A stretch of DNA of 64,000 nucleotides, taken from the IMG/VR virus record IMGVR_UViG_3300028558_000024, positions 1 to 64,000 of that record. One strand, written 5' to 3'. The translations under genes and the position numbers were made by a program. Below the pieces are notes generated by a model. The model was given only the letters and a program-made list of their open reading frames with translations, was not told the DNA's origin and ran no database searches. This document shows positions 39,669 to 49,006 of the stretch, one piece after another (within the stretch, counting starts at the first letter, position 1; every line of letters starts with the position of its first letter). The DNA is from a virus.

Positions 39669-40456
39669 TGTGCAATTCAATGGCGCGAGAGATACAAGCG
39701 CTCAGGAATTGCGCTAAAGGTCTGGAAGCCTCAATGAGTGGGGTTCCTTTTGACGTTTATCGCCTCAAATCGACGGTGAGCGGAGACTTCATCCAGGACG
39801 CAACCCGGATCGCTCAAAACGTCATGATTTCCTATACGGTGAAAACCTCTAAGGATGTCGAAGGTTCGATGGAAGTCCCGAAATGGCAGGAGCTTGTTGT
39901 TTATGCAGTCACAGGCAATTTTGCGCAATTTCATGTCGGTGACGTGTTTGTCTGCCGTGACACTGTTGCTGGGGATAACCATATACGGTTACCGGGTACG
40001 CGAGAACTTAACGCATTTGCGCTGGCCTCGGACGCCTTTCTAAAACTGTCGCTCGGAGCTCGGATAAACACCCAAATTTCAATCAGTCGTCAGTCAAAGA
40101 CAACCAATGATGAAGGATTCTTTGATCCGACGGCTAAAAATTCCCAAGTTCTCAAAATCAACAACGGCCGCTGTCAGTTGATGCCTTCCGAATCGAAGCC
40201 GCACATAATACCGGCCGGGCTTGTAGCTGCACGCGGAACCTATGGTGAAAGAGACTTTGACGGCGTTCCCGCAATGGAAAGGAAGTCTTCTTGGATTTGC
40301 TTCGTTCCGCCTTTGCCGGGATTGAAATTTAGAGAAGGCGATCGCATCCAAGGACAAGACGGAGCCCTTTATAAAGTTGTCGTCGCATATACGGAAGAGG
40401 TTGGCTTTATTGGTTCTCAGTTGTTTTTAGAACGCGAAAACGCGCAACCCGGTTAA
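39668..40456 (+). CDS. head-closure/neck protein
   Basis: Gene position; REGDRIQ..DG..YKV. Confidence 0.5.
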   Translation: MCNSMAREIQALRNCAKGLEASMSGVPFDVYRLKSTVSGDFIQDATRIAQNVMISYTVKTSKDVEGSMEVPKWQELVVYAVTGNFAQFHVGDVFVCRDTVAGDNHIRLPGTRELNAFALASDAFLKLSLGARINTQISISRQSKTTNDEGFFDPTAKNSQVLKINNGRCQLMPSESKPHIIPAGLVAARGTYGERDFDGVPAMERKSSWICFVPPLPGLKFREGDRIQGQDGALYKVVVAYTEEVGFIGSQLFLERENAQPG

Positions 40457-40461
40457 ACGAA

Positions 40462-41352
40462 ATGGCGACAGTAACTCAAATCATGCAAAAAGTTAAGGCC
40501 GTCATCGAGGCGGCTGTCGCTGATTTGTTGATTGACGGGAATCCGGCCGACATAACCGTCGGACTTGGCTGGCCGGATGTTGAAAGATTGCAAGATGTCG
40601 CCCGCGGCAAGATGTTGATCTCGGTCCATGAGCGCTTAACTGGAAAGGTTCCGCGCAGGTACTTGAACCAAACCCAGCAATTCACCCCGCTTCCTTGCGG
40701 AATCGCGGCTGTTTTGTCAAATGATGTAATCGGCCCGACTGGCTCAGAAACTTTGACTTTGTCATTCTCGGTCGGCTCAAGTGCCGTCAACCAATATGAC
40801 GGCGTCGGACTTGGCGCGGCATTTGGTTTTCTCGAGTCTGGCGCGACTGTGATTGCGAGCACCGGCAATTCTCTTCATGACGTTGCATCGGCGTTGGCAA
40901 CAAACATTAATGCGACCGATGTTTTGTCTGATTGGATTTCCGCCTCGGCAACTGGCGCTGTCGTTACTTTGACAAATCTCTTATCCGCGCCTTTGAAAAT
41001 TGCCAAAGGCGTCGGGAACAGAACTATCAGAACGAAGGAAACCGGCAGAGAACAAGCCGATCTTCAAATAACGCTCTGGGCCGACTCACAAAAGTCGCGT
41101 TATTCCATTGGGGATATCATCCAACCTCTTTTGAACGACCTTGAAGATCAAGGAAGAGTCCAAATCAATGCCGGCGACCACGCAAACTTTGGCTATAACG
41201 GCTCAATGAATAATGATGCCGACGTCCAAAAAAACACTTATCGAAGGGAATTTTTGCTTAGTGCTGAATATTCAGTTAGAAAAACAGACTTCGCATACCC
41301 TGTCTTGGCTCAAATTCACACTTATAACAATCCAAGAAATCCCGCGACTTAA
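40462..41352 (+). CDS. tail terminator/neck protein
   Basis: GWP...ISV...LQITLW...YRREF; precedes the sheath gene. Confidence 0.55.
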   Translation: MATVTQIMQKVKAVIEAAVADLLIDGNPADITVGLGWPDVERLQDVARGKMLISVHERLTGKVPRRYLNQTQQFTPLPCGIAAVLSNDVIGPTGSETLTLSFSVGSSAVNQYDGVGLGAAFGFLESGATVIASTGNSLHDVASALATNINATDVLSDWISASATGAVVTLTNLLSAPLKIAKGVGNRTIRTKETGREQADLQITLWADSQKSRYSIGDIIQPLLNDLEDQGRVQINAGDHANFGYNGSMNNDADVQKNTYRREFLLSAEYSVRKTDFAYPVLAQIHTYNNPRNPAT

Positions 41353-41374
41353 CTTGACGCGCCAAAACTTTGTT

Positions 41375-41407
41375 TTGCATCGCCCAAAATCTCCGCTTAC
41401 GTTTGAT
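41375..41407 (+). promoter_or_regulatory. putative promoter of the sheath operon
   Basis: TTGCAT-N17-TACGTT(TGAT). Confidence 0.5.
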
Positions 41408-41442
41408 ATCGAGGGCAGAGATATCAGTTTGGAGATCCGCAA

Positions 41443-43017
41443 GTGGCACAGATTATTCAGTCGAGTTCTTTCAATCCGATCAATCTTCGGGCAAACGGTC
41501 TTTATATCGTTCGCCGTCCACCTTCGGGATTTAAAGCCGCAGTCGCAACCGATGTAATTGGATTTGTCGGTGGAGCTGATTGGGGTAAACGAAATCAACC
41601 AACTCTAGTTGGTGATGTGCGAGCTTACGGCCGCGCATTCGGCCCCTTGAATGCAGCGTCTTTGACTGATGTTCATGACATGGCGATTGCAATCAATGTC
41701 GCCTTCTCCCAATCCGCTGGCGGAAGCCCTATAGAGGCGCTCTGTGTTGCCGTAGATGACGGCACGGCTGATTATGCAACGATTGCCCTTGTTGACACTT
41801 CCGGCTCTCCTAAAGCCGGTGGATCGCTCACCGCAAGATGCGTCGGGACTGCTGGTAACGCAATTACCGTCAATTTTGCAGCTGGCACAGTCACCAATAC
41901 CGTAAACGTCAAGATTTTTGCCTTCGATGGCGCCGATTCTGAAATTTACGAAAACCTTCCTTCTGCCGGAGCTGGTGTTTTCTGGGCTTCCTTGAAACAA
42001 GCCGTCAATTTCGGAAATACTTTGCGTCCACCTTCTAAGCTCGTTCGCTTCGTTGACGGAGTTGACGTTGCAACCGCAATCACTCCAGCGCTTGGCACCT
42101 TTGATTTGACCGGTGGATTGTCTGGCCGTTCCGGAATCGACTCAGCCGACTTGCTTGGTTCTGATTCCTCAGTTCCAAAAACCGGCGCCTATTCGTTGCG
42201 TTCGCAAGATCCTTCTCCGTCTGTCGTTGTCCTTTGCGGCAACTATGACAATACAATCTATTCAAGCCTTAAGACTCTCGCTGAGTCCGAAGGCTGGATT
42301 CAATTGCTCGATTTTAGCGCTGGTACTTCAAGCGCAACTGCAAAGGCTAACAAGAAAACCTATGCCGTTGACTCGTTCAACGTCGGCTATTGCTGGAACC
42401 AAACCTACATTTACGACTCAGTCAACGGACTCACCAGGCTTCTGCCGGCGTCTTACACGATTGGCGGCAGGATTGTTTCATTGCAACCTCAAGAGTCCTG
42501 CGGAAACAAGGAAGTCTTCGGTATTGTCGGAACAGAAAGAAACGATCCTTCAACTGGCGATGTTCCATTCAGTGAATCGGAAGAAGGAGATTTGGAGCAA
42601 TCGGGAATCCTCTTCATCAAGAGAGGTATTCCACGCAATGCCAACATCTTTGGGATCAAGCACGGGATGTCATCGCTCACTGGTTTCAATACTTCAAACC
42701 TTGCGCATACCCGCATAATCACATTCTTGTTTAAGACCGTTGAGTCTGCTGTCGGCCAGTTTGTCGAAGAAATTCAAACCACTGATGTCGATGATCAAAC
42801 CCGTTTGGGCGTCGAAACGGCTGTTAATTCAGTTCTGATCGAAGCTCAGAAAAATAGACTGGTCGATCAATTCAAGGTCCAATGCGATCTCGACAACAAC
42901 AGCCCAGCAACAATCGCCGCTGGTCAACTCAACTACAAGACCGAGATCCGCCCAATTGGACATGCCCGATTCATCATCTGGGATTTCACCTATGACGTGA
43001 ACGCCCAGGTCGCCTAA
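41443..43017 (+). CDS. contractile tail sheath protein
   Basis: GLYI...IGFVGGADWG; C-terminal VQCDLDNNS...GQL...ARFI. Confidence 0.88.
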   Translation: MAQIIQSSSFNPINLRANGLYIVRRPPSGFKAAVATDVIGFVGGADWGKRNQPTLVGDVRAYGRAFGPLNAASLTDVHDMAIAINVAFSQSAGGSPIEALCVAVDDGTADYATIALVDTSGSPKAGGSLTARCVGTAGNAITVNFAAGTVTNTVNVKIFAFDGADSEIYENLPSAGAGVFWASLKQAVNFGNTLRPPSKLVRFVDGVDVATAITPALGTFDLTGGLSGRSGIDSADLLGSDSSVPKTGAYSLRSQDPSPSVVVLCGNYDNTIYSSLKTLAESEGWIQLLDFSAGTSSATAKANKKTYAVDSFNVGYCWNQTYIYDSVNGLTRLLPASYTIGGRIVSLQPQESCGNKEVFGIVGTERNDPSTGDVPFSESEEGDLEQSGILFIKRGIPRNANIFGIKHGMSSLTGFNTSNLAHTRIITFLFKTVESAVGQFVEEIQTTDVDDQTRLGVETAVNSVLIEAQKNRLVDQFKVQCDLDNNSPATIAAGQLNYKTEIRPIGHARFIIWDFTYDVNAQVA

Positions 43018-43076
43018 TCAATCCCATCACAACCAGCCGAAAGCCAGTCAGGAAGCCAGAAAGGAGATAACCGCAA

Positions 43077-43535
43077 ATGTCGGATCAAGTGATTCAAGAC
43101 TTTAACATCGGAAAAGACGCGACAGTAATGTTCAAGTTTCCGAGTGGGCAAGTTATCTCCGGCGTTCAGCTGGCGCACATCGAATCGGTCAGCGTTAAGC
43201 GTCTCCAAAAGATGACCGAAAAGACGCCGATGACAAACAATGGCGATACTCTTCGTCGCTCTCATCCGCAAGGATACGAGCTGACAATGAAATGCACCCG
43301 TTATAACGGCAACTTGACTGAAGTTTTCACTCAGATGGATGAGAACTACAGAAACAGCGGATTGCCACAACGTTTTGATGTAAACATCACCGTTAGAAAC
43401 CCTGATGGCACCTTGAATCAAGGCACATTCACCAATTGCGTTTTTGAAAACTTCGGCTTCGGCGACTTCGAAGGAATCGATGCCGTCAGTCAAGACGTGA
43501 GCATGAAGGCTCAAAGATACGTAAAAACAAAATAG
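43077..43535 (+). CDS. tail tube protein
   Basis: 152 aa after the sheath; FNIGKD...NPDGT; SD AGGAG. Confidence 0.78.
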   Translation: MSDQVIQDFNIGKDATVMFKFPSGQVISGVQLAHIESVSVKRLQKMTEKTPMTNNGDTLRRSHPQGYELTMKCTRYNGNLTEVFTQMDENYRNSGLPQRFDVNITVRNPDGTLNQGTFTNCVFENFGFGDFEGIDAVSQDVSMKAQRYVKTK

Positions 43536-43543
43536 AGGACTGA

Positions 43544-44083
43544 ATGTCAGACAAAGAACCCCCCGCCGGCAGTTATGACCGGAATGTAAAACGCTCTGTA
43601 AAAGTCGAAAGAAGAAAAGACAATTTTGCGCAGGCAACGGAAAGAGAAGCGGCCCAAAGGGAGCAACTCGAAAACCAAGAAGCGGCCGCAAATCAAGTCA
43701 TGGACGCGCTTGCTGCTGGCTCCATTCAGCCGCAGGAGCCTCCGCAATTGACTCGCGAGCGCAGAAGAGATCCCGTCGAATTTCAAATACCAAACGGACT
43801 GACTATTCAGATGGCGCCTCCTAGAGAAGCCATTCAATTTCGCATTGCCAAAATCTACAAGCAAGAGCTCAATGTGGATCAGTCGGTAATTTATGCAAAA
43901 GCTATTTTGCATATTACGAAGATCAACAACGAATTTATTTCACCTCCGACAGACCGAATACAGCTTGAGCTTATCGCTAACAGGCTTGAGACAGACGGGC
44001 TCGAAATGGTTGCAAACAAAATGATTGAGCATTTTATGGGCATCGATTTAGATGCTCTTAAAAAAAATATGCTCGGATTTTGA
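43544..44083 (+). CDS. tail assembly chaperone (G)
   Basis: Lies between tube and tape measure; ends at an A8 run. Confidence 0.7.
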   Translation: MSDKEPPAGSYDRNVKRSVKVERRKDNFAQATEREAAQREQLENQEAAANQVMDALAAGSIQPQEPPQLTRERRRDPVEFQIPNGLTIQMAPPREAIQFRIAKIYKQELNVDQSVIYAKAILHITKINNEFISPPTDRIQLELIANRLETDGLEMVANKMIEHFMGIDLDALKKNMLGF

Positions 44084-44243
44084 CCATTACGAAATAGTCT
44101 TTCTAGTTCGCAATGGACTCGACTATCAAGAGGCGCTTAATATGCATCCAATGGAGCGTCGAGCATGGTTCTATCAGCTTGCCATGATGGATGGAAATGA
44201 AGTGAACTGGGAGACGGGAAGAGTTTCGAAAAGGAAGAAGTAA
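44061..44243 (+). CDS. tail assembly chaperone frameshift extension (T part of GT)
   Basis: Overlapping ORF without an SD, entered at the A8 run 44060-44067; FLVRNGL...ERRAW...NWETG. Confidence 0.6.
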   Translation, partial: KKICSDFDHYEIVFLVRNGLDYQEALNMHPMERRAWFYQLAMMDGNEVNWETGRVSKRKK

Positions 44244-44767
44244 TGTCAAAAACATTCGACAGCTTCTTCCTCGCATCACAGCACTGGAAGACCCGCGTTA
44301 AGCCAGCCGTTAAAAGAAACCTTCAGGGCAGCCTGCAAATGCTCGCTCAGGGCGTTCAAAAGCGTGCAATTGATTCTGTCGGACATTACCAACCGGCAAT
44401 TTCGCCTTTCCCGGAATGGGCACCCTTAGCGCCCGCGACAATTGCGCGAAAAATGCGGGGAAGAAGAGGCCGCGGCTGGGGATTGAATGGCAATCCAGAT
44501 TCTCCGCTTTATCGCACTGGCGAATTTAGAAAGCACATTTTCTATCGAATCAATCAGCGAGATTTGACCGCGACAATCGGAACGACAAAGGATTACATCG
44601 TCAATACGGAACTCGGAACGTCGCGAATGCCACCAAGACCCGTGTTTGGTCCGGCCGCTATGCGAGAAGTTCCTTTGCAGCTTTCAAGCATTCAAGCCAA
44701 TATGGTTATGGGTTTATTCGGTACTTTCGCAAACGGCAAAGCAACCGGTATTTTCATTGGTGACTAA
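44243..44767 (+). CDS. virion morphogenesis/HK97 gp10-like protein
   Basis: WAPLAPATIARK...PLYRTG...ELGTSRMPPRP. Confidence 0.75.
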   Translation: MSKTFDSFFLASQHWKTRVKPAVKRNLQGSLQMLAQGVQKRAIDSVGHYQPAISPFPEWAPLAPATIARKMRGRRGRGWGLNGNPDSPLYRTGEFRKHIFYRINQRDLTATIGTTKDYIVNTELGTSRMPPRPVFGPAAMREVPLQLSSIQANMVMGLFGTFANGKATGIFIGD

Positions 44768-46774
44768 ATGCTCAATCTTTTCAAAGTCGGTGTAACTGTC
44801 CAGCTTCTTGATCGCGTTTCAGGAGGTCTTGATTCCATTGGGACGGCTTTAGATCGGGCACAAAAACATACTGGCGCTTATCAGGATTCATTAAAGGGCT
44901 TGCAGGCGCATATAGACAAGCTGAGCGCTATCAAATCTATCGGCGAAATGGGCTTTCACGATAGCGTCGGAATGCTTGATGCGATGATCGATCCGGCCAA
45001 GGAATATACATCCCAGATTATCCGAATGAATATGGCCGGTCTTGAGCACGAAACGATCGCCAAAAACATTGGCACAGCATGGGAAGTCGCCGGGAAAGTG
45101 ATGACGACGACTGCAACGGATAACCTGAAAACGCTTTCGGAGCTTTATGGTGTTATCACAGAGAAAGGCGGAACCATGGAAGAAGCTCGAAATCTTCTTC
45201 CGCGCTTTCAAGAAATGAAAATGGTTTTGATGGCTGGCTCAGAGCATCCAATTGAAGGGCTTAGAGTAGAGGGACTTGCTTATGATGCTGTAAAAGCCGC
45301 TGAAATGGTTGGAAAAACCGGACAAGAAGGCATCGTTCACATGGCCGACATGATGGAAAAGGTCATGATTGCATCCGGTGGCAAAATCACTCCAACTGAC
45401 TATCAAAACTTTTTCAAATATGCCGGACAGGCGAAGATGAGCCTTTCCGAGAACGAACTTTTTGGAGTTCTCCCGGAATTGATGATTGAAATGAAATCAC
45501 GAGGCGGCGGCTCAGGCGGCTCAGGCGGACCCGGAACCATGTATGCCTCATTATTCTCGACGCTCGTCCAGGGCACCATGAGCAAAGCAACGGCAGGACA
45601 TCTTCAGGAACTCGGTCTGATGAGCGGCGAAATGCTTAAAACAACGACGACCGGAACAGTCGCGGAAGGGCTTACATGGAAGGATGTCGCGGGCACAGAT
45701 CCAAGCAAATGGATCATGCAGAAGCTTATCCCAGCAATCATGGCAAAGCATCCTGATCTTGAAGGCAACGAAGTTGGAATGGCGATGGAAATTGCCAAAG
45801 TCATGAAGGGCCCGAGGAAAACCACGGCCTTGATTGGTGAAATCTTCAACAAGGAAACAGCGGGCATTATTGCGAAGTTTCGCGAAAACCGTGAGCGTGT
45901 TTTGCCGCACGATCAACTTGTCGAACAAGCCAAGACTAGCCCGCGCGTTCTTGATGCGTCATTTGCTGCGCAGTGGGAAAGCTTGATGACTGTTTTCGGC
46001 AATGAAATTATGCCGTTCTTCACTCCAATGGTTCGCGAATTGACGGCAGGTTTAAAAGGCGTTGCGGCATTCATGCGCGATCACAAATGGGTTGCTCAAA
46101 TGTCAGTGATGGGAGTTGCTTTAGGCGGTCTTGGAATGGGAATCCTTGCCCTCGGTGCAACCGCTGGGCTGACGGCAATTGCATTCGCTCCGTTAATGGC
46201 ATTTTTGCCTGAAATTGGATTTGCGGCTGGGATTGCCGCAGCCGGAGTAACTTGGCTTGGCGCAACTTTCCTGTATTTACAAAAAGCGACCGCGAATATT
46301 GGCAATGGCATAGCCAGTGGTGTCGAATTAGCAAAAACTGCTTGGACAAACTTTGGACAGTTTGCCATGGAAACAATCGCGACGATTATTGAGCAGGGCG
46401 GTATTCAAATTGCTGGGCTTGTTTCGCTTTTCGATCAAAACAAAGGCGCGGAGATCTATGCAGCCAGCACAAATATGGCGCAAGGCCTTCGCGATTCCAC
46501 TATGTTTGGCAGCCCAAAAACCGGGCCGTACTTGTCCGAAATTCGCGACGAGCAATGGCAAAACGGAAATGGAATAGATGGACAGAATATGCATCACAAG
46601 CATGAAGTCAATATTGCAGCAGGTGCAATCAATGTCGTCGCTCAAGCTGGACAAAGCGCTGAAGAAATCGCCCAAAAAGTAATTGAAGAAATCAACAAGG
46701 CGATTCTCAAGGGCATCCAAACCAGCGGCCCTGGAATTGGCATCATGAGCAGCCCTGTCTTTGGTGGCACTTAA
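44768..46774 (+). CDS. tape measure protein
   Basis: 668 aa, helical, Ala/Gly-rich with a hydrophobic segment; gene position. Confidence 0.8.
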   Translation: MLNLFKVGVTVQLLDRVSGGLDSIGTALDRAQKHTGAYQDSLKGLQAHIDKLSAIKSIGEMGFHDSVGMLDAMIDPAKEYTSQIIRMNMAGLEHETIAKNIGTAWEVAGKVMTTTATDNLKTLSELYGVITEKGGTMEEARNLLPRFQEMKMVLMAGSEHPIEGLRVEGLAYDAVKAAEMVGKTGQEGIVHMADMMEKVMIASGGKITPTDYQNFFKYAGQAKMSLSENELFGVLPELMIEMKSRGGGSGGSGGPGTMYASLFSTLVQGTMSKATAGHLQELGLMSGEMLKTTTTGTVAEGLTWKDVAGTDPSKWIMQKLIPAIMAKHPDLEGNEVGMAMEIAKVMKGPRKTTALIGEIFNKETAGIIAKFRENRERVLPHDQLVEQAKTSPRVLDASFAAQWESLMTVFGNEIMPFFTPMVRELTAGLKGVAAFMRDHKWVAQMSVMGVALGGLGMGILALGATAGLTAIAFAPLMAFLPEIGFAAGIAAAGVTWLGATFLYLQKATANIGNGIASGVELAKTAWTNFGQFAMETIATIIEQGGIQIAGLVSLFDQNKGAEIYAASTNMAQGLRDSTMFGSPKTGPYLSEIRDEQWQNGNGIDGQNMHHKHEVNIAAGAINVVAQAGQSAEEIAQKVIEEINKAILKGIQTSGPGIGIMSSPVFGGT

Positions 46775-47748
46775 TGGTTGGCGGCAACATATTTCCAGGT
46801 GGAGGCTTTGCAGTTCCTGCTGGGACGCCCGCAAATTCGGCAAACAGTTCAAGCAGTGGCGAAGATCCGCTCAAGCTTGGCGGGCTGACAATTGAGAATT
46901 TTGCCGCACCCGACGAATTAGCGATCGGCTTGCAAAAGGCCTTTTGTATCCACGATTTCCCTGGCGGTGAAAGAGAACTTCAAATCTGGGGCGAGTTTTA
47001 TAAGTCGATTACATGGACCGGGCTTTTGCTTGGTTCGGATGCCGAAGACAGGGCTCATCAGCTCGAGACTTTCATGAAGCGCAAATCAAGCAAGGTGCTT
47101 GAATGGCGCGGTTACCGTTTAGATGTCGAGATTGTCGATTTCGTCGCTAAAATTCTTTGGCGCAATGAGATTGAATATACAATCGAAGTCGTTCCCTATA
47201 GAGTTCAGAATGCCGCTGGTGGCAACCAATTCAACTCACCCGAAGCGATTCTTGATGCGAGTTTTGCGCAAGCCTCTGAAGCGGCTGGAGGACAAAGCCC
47301 TCCCTTTGAATTGCAGGCTGCCAAAGAACAAATCGACGATCTTCAGGATTTGGTCGAACAAAACTTGAAAGAATCCAATGGGAAAGTTTCAGACATTGAT
47401 CCTTCAATAAGACTTTTTCTGGCAACCCAAGCCGCGACGATCAATTCGGGGCTTTTCAATATCATGCAATCCTCGGGGCCGGTGATTTCCTCGAAAGCTG
47501 CCGACCTGCGGACATATATGCAAGTCGTTCAAAACACGCTTAACGCGCCCGAGAAGCAATACAAAATGGTTCGTTATATAAATCCAAATCTCCTTAAAAT
47601 TGCATCCGCTGAATATGGTGACGCCTCTTTATGGACCGTTATTAGGGACGCAAACGGTTTAGTCGATCAAGTTCTTGTCGGCGAATATGTTTTGAAGATT
47701 CCCTTGAATCCAACCACCGCTCAAACAACGACACAGCCGGTTTTCTAA
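46774..47748 (+). CDS. tail tube initiator/baseplate protein with a C-terminal LysM-like domain
   Basis: LLKIASAEYGDASLWTVIRDANGL...LKIP. Confidence 0.7.
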   Translation: MVGGNIFPGGGFAVPAGTPANSANSSSSGEDPLKLGGLTIENFAAPDELAIGLQKAFCIHDFPGGERELQIWGEFYKSITWTGLLLGSDAEDRAHQLETFMKRKSSKVLEWRGYRLDVEIVDFVAKILWRNEIEYTIEVVPYRVQNAAGGNQFNSPEAILDASFAQASEAAGGQSPPFELQAAKEQIDDLQDLVEQNLKESNGKVSDIDPSIRLFLATQAATINSGLFNIMQSSGPVISSKAADLRTYMQVVQNTLNAPEKQYKMVRYINPNLLKIASAEYGDASLWTVIRDANGLVDQVLVGEYVLKIPLNPTTAQTTTQPVF

Positions 47749-47752
47749 ATAA

Positions 47753-49006
47753 ATGGGCGACATCAAAACCTACGAAACGACTGTGCTGATTGATAAGCAG
47801 GAAGTTCCATGCAAGGGCTGGAATATAACCGGGGGCGCCTTTGGCTCGGTTGGCACTGTCAGGCTTACGACGACATGCGAAATGCTCGACGCTGCCGGCG
47901 TTGATTTAGTTGGACTGGTCGATGCTTCAAAAATCATTCCCATTGACGTTTTCATTGATATTGATGGCAAGAAAACCCAGATTTTTGGCGGCTTTTATGA
48001 TGACAATGATGGCGAATGGCCGCAGGAAGAAATAACTCTCAACGGCCGCGACTGGGCAGGCCTTTTGATGGATAAGAAATCCTGCATTGCCGGGGAGACG
48101 AAGACTGTCGAACGCATCGTGACAGAACTTTGCCAATTTAGCGGCATAACTCCACAAATCACCGGAAATGCTGATGTAAAGCCAGGAACAGATTTAAACG
48201 GCGCCAATATTTTGACAATGGGTCCGCAAGAGCATTGGTCAGTCATCCAAAAACTGGCCCAGTTCCTTGGCTATGAAGTGACGGTCCTTCCGCAAAAGAT
48301 CCTTGTGTTTGGCCCGCCCGATTTGAATCCACCGCAAAGGACTTTCCACTATAAAGCCGATCCGGGTTCGAAGCCTGATTTGATCAAGCTGTTAAAACTC
48401 CATACCAAAAACAATAATCGCCGGAATAAGACTTTCAGAGTTGTTGTAACGAGCTGGGACCAACAAAGAGTCGCTAGATCAACCGGACAAGCCGTTGTCC
48501 TTGGCGATGACGTTTCAAATACTGGGCTTGGCAAATCAACCTACAATCCTTCAACCGGTCAGATTCAGACTTCCATTTCGACAGGCGGAAGCATTCCAGC
48601 TGGCATTTATGGTGGTTCAAGTGGTCCAATTGTTTCCAATACCATTGACGACAAGCTGAAAGACAAGCCAATCTTCAGATTCAACAGATCGGGACTTTCC
48701 CCGGCTCAAGCCCAGAAAGAGGCGGACTCAATCGCTCAAGATCTTGCAAAGCGAGAATTTGTCATTACTGGCGTCATCTCGGGAATGCCGGAAATAAAAG
48801 CACATGATCGCCTGACGATTGAAGATCATGAAAAGGGATTGCTTAAACCATTTGCGAGCCGGGGCTATAGCATTGTCGGCTTTGAGCATTCATTCTCGAT
48901 GAATGAAAGAAACACCGAGTACACGACAAAGTTTTCAGCAGTGGCAATTCCACCGGGCATCTCCGATGATGTTTCTGCAACCTTCGCTAATTGGTCGACG
49001 ACTTAA
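47753..49006 (+). CDS. baseplate hub protein (P2 gpD/Mu gp44-like)
   Basis: LNGRDWAGLLMD...WSVIQKLA; gene position. Confidence 0.75.
   Translation: MGDIKTYETTVLIDKQEVPCKGWNITGGAFGSVGTVRLTTTCEMLDAAGVDLVGLVDASKIIPIDVFIDIDGKKTQIFGGFYDDNDGEWPQEEITLNGRDWAGLLMDKKSCIAGETKTVERIVTELCQFSGITPQITGNADVKPGTDLNGANILTMGPQEHWSVIQKLAQFLGYEVTVLPQKILVFGPPDLNPPQRTFHYKADPGSKPDLIKLLKLHTKNNNRRNKTFRVVVTSWDQQRVARSTGQAVVLGDDVSNTGLGKSTYNPSTGQIQTSISTGGSIPAGIYGGSSGPIVSNTIDDKLKDKPIFRFNRSGLSPAQAQKEADSIAQDLAKREFVITGVISGMPEIKAHDRLTIEDHEKGLLKPFASRGYSIVGFEHSFSMNERNTEYTTKFSAVAIPPGISDDVSATFANWSTT

Noticed and set aside
43014-43691. Long antisense ORFs (this one and many others in the track)
   Set aside because: They are shadows of well-supported + strand genes, with no motifs or SDs.
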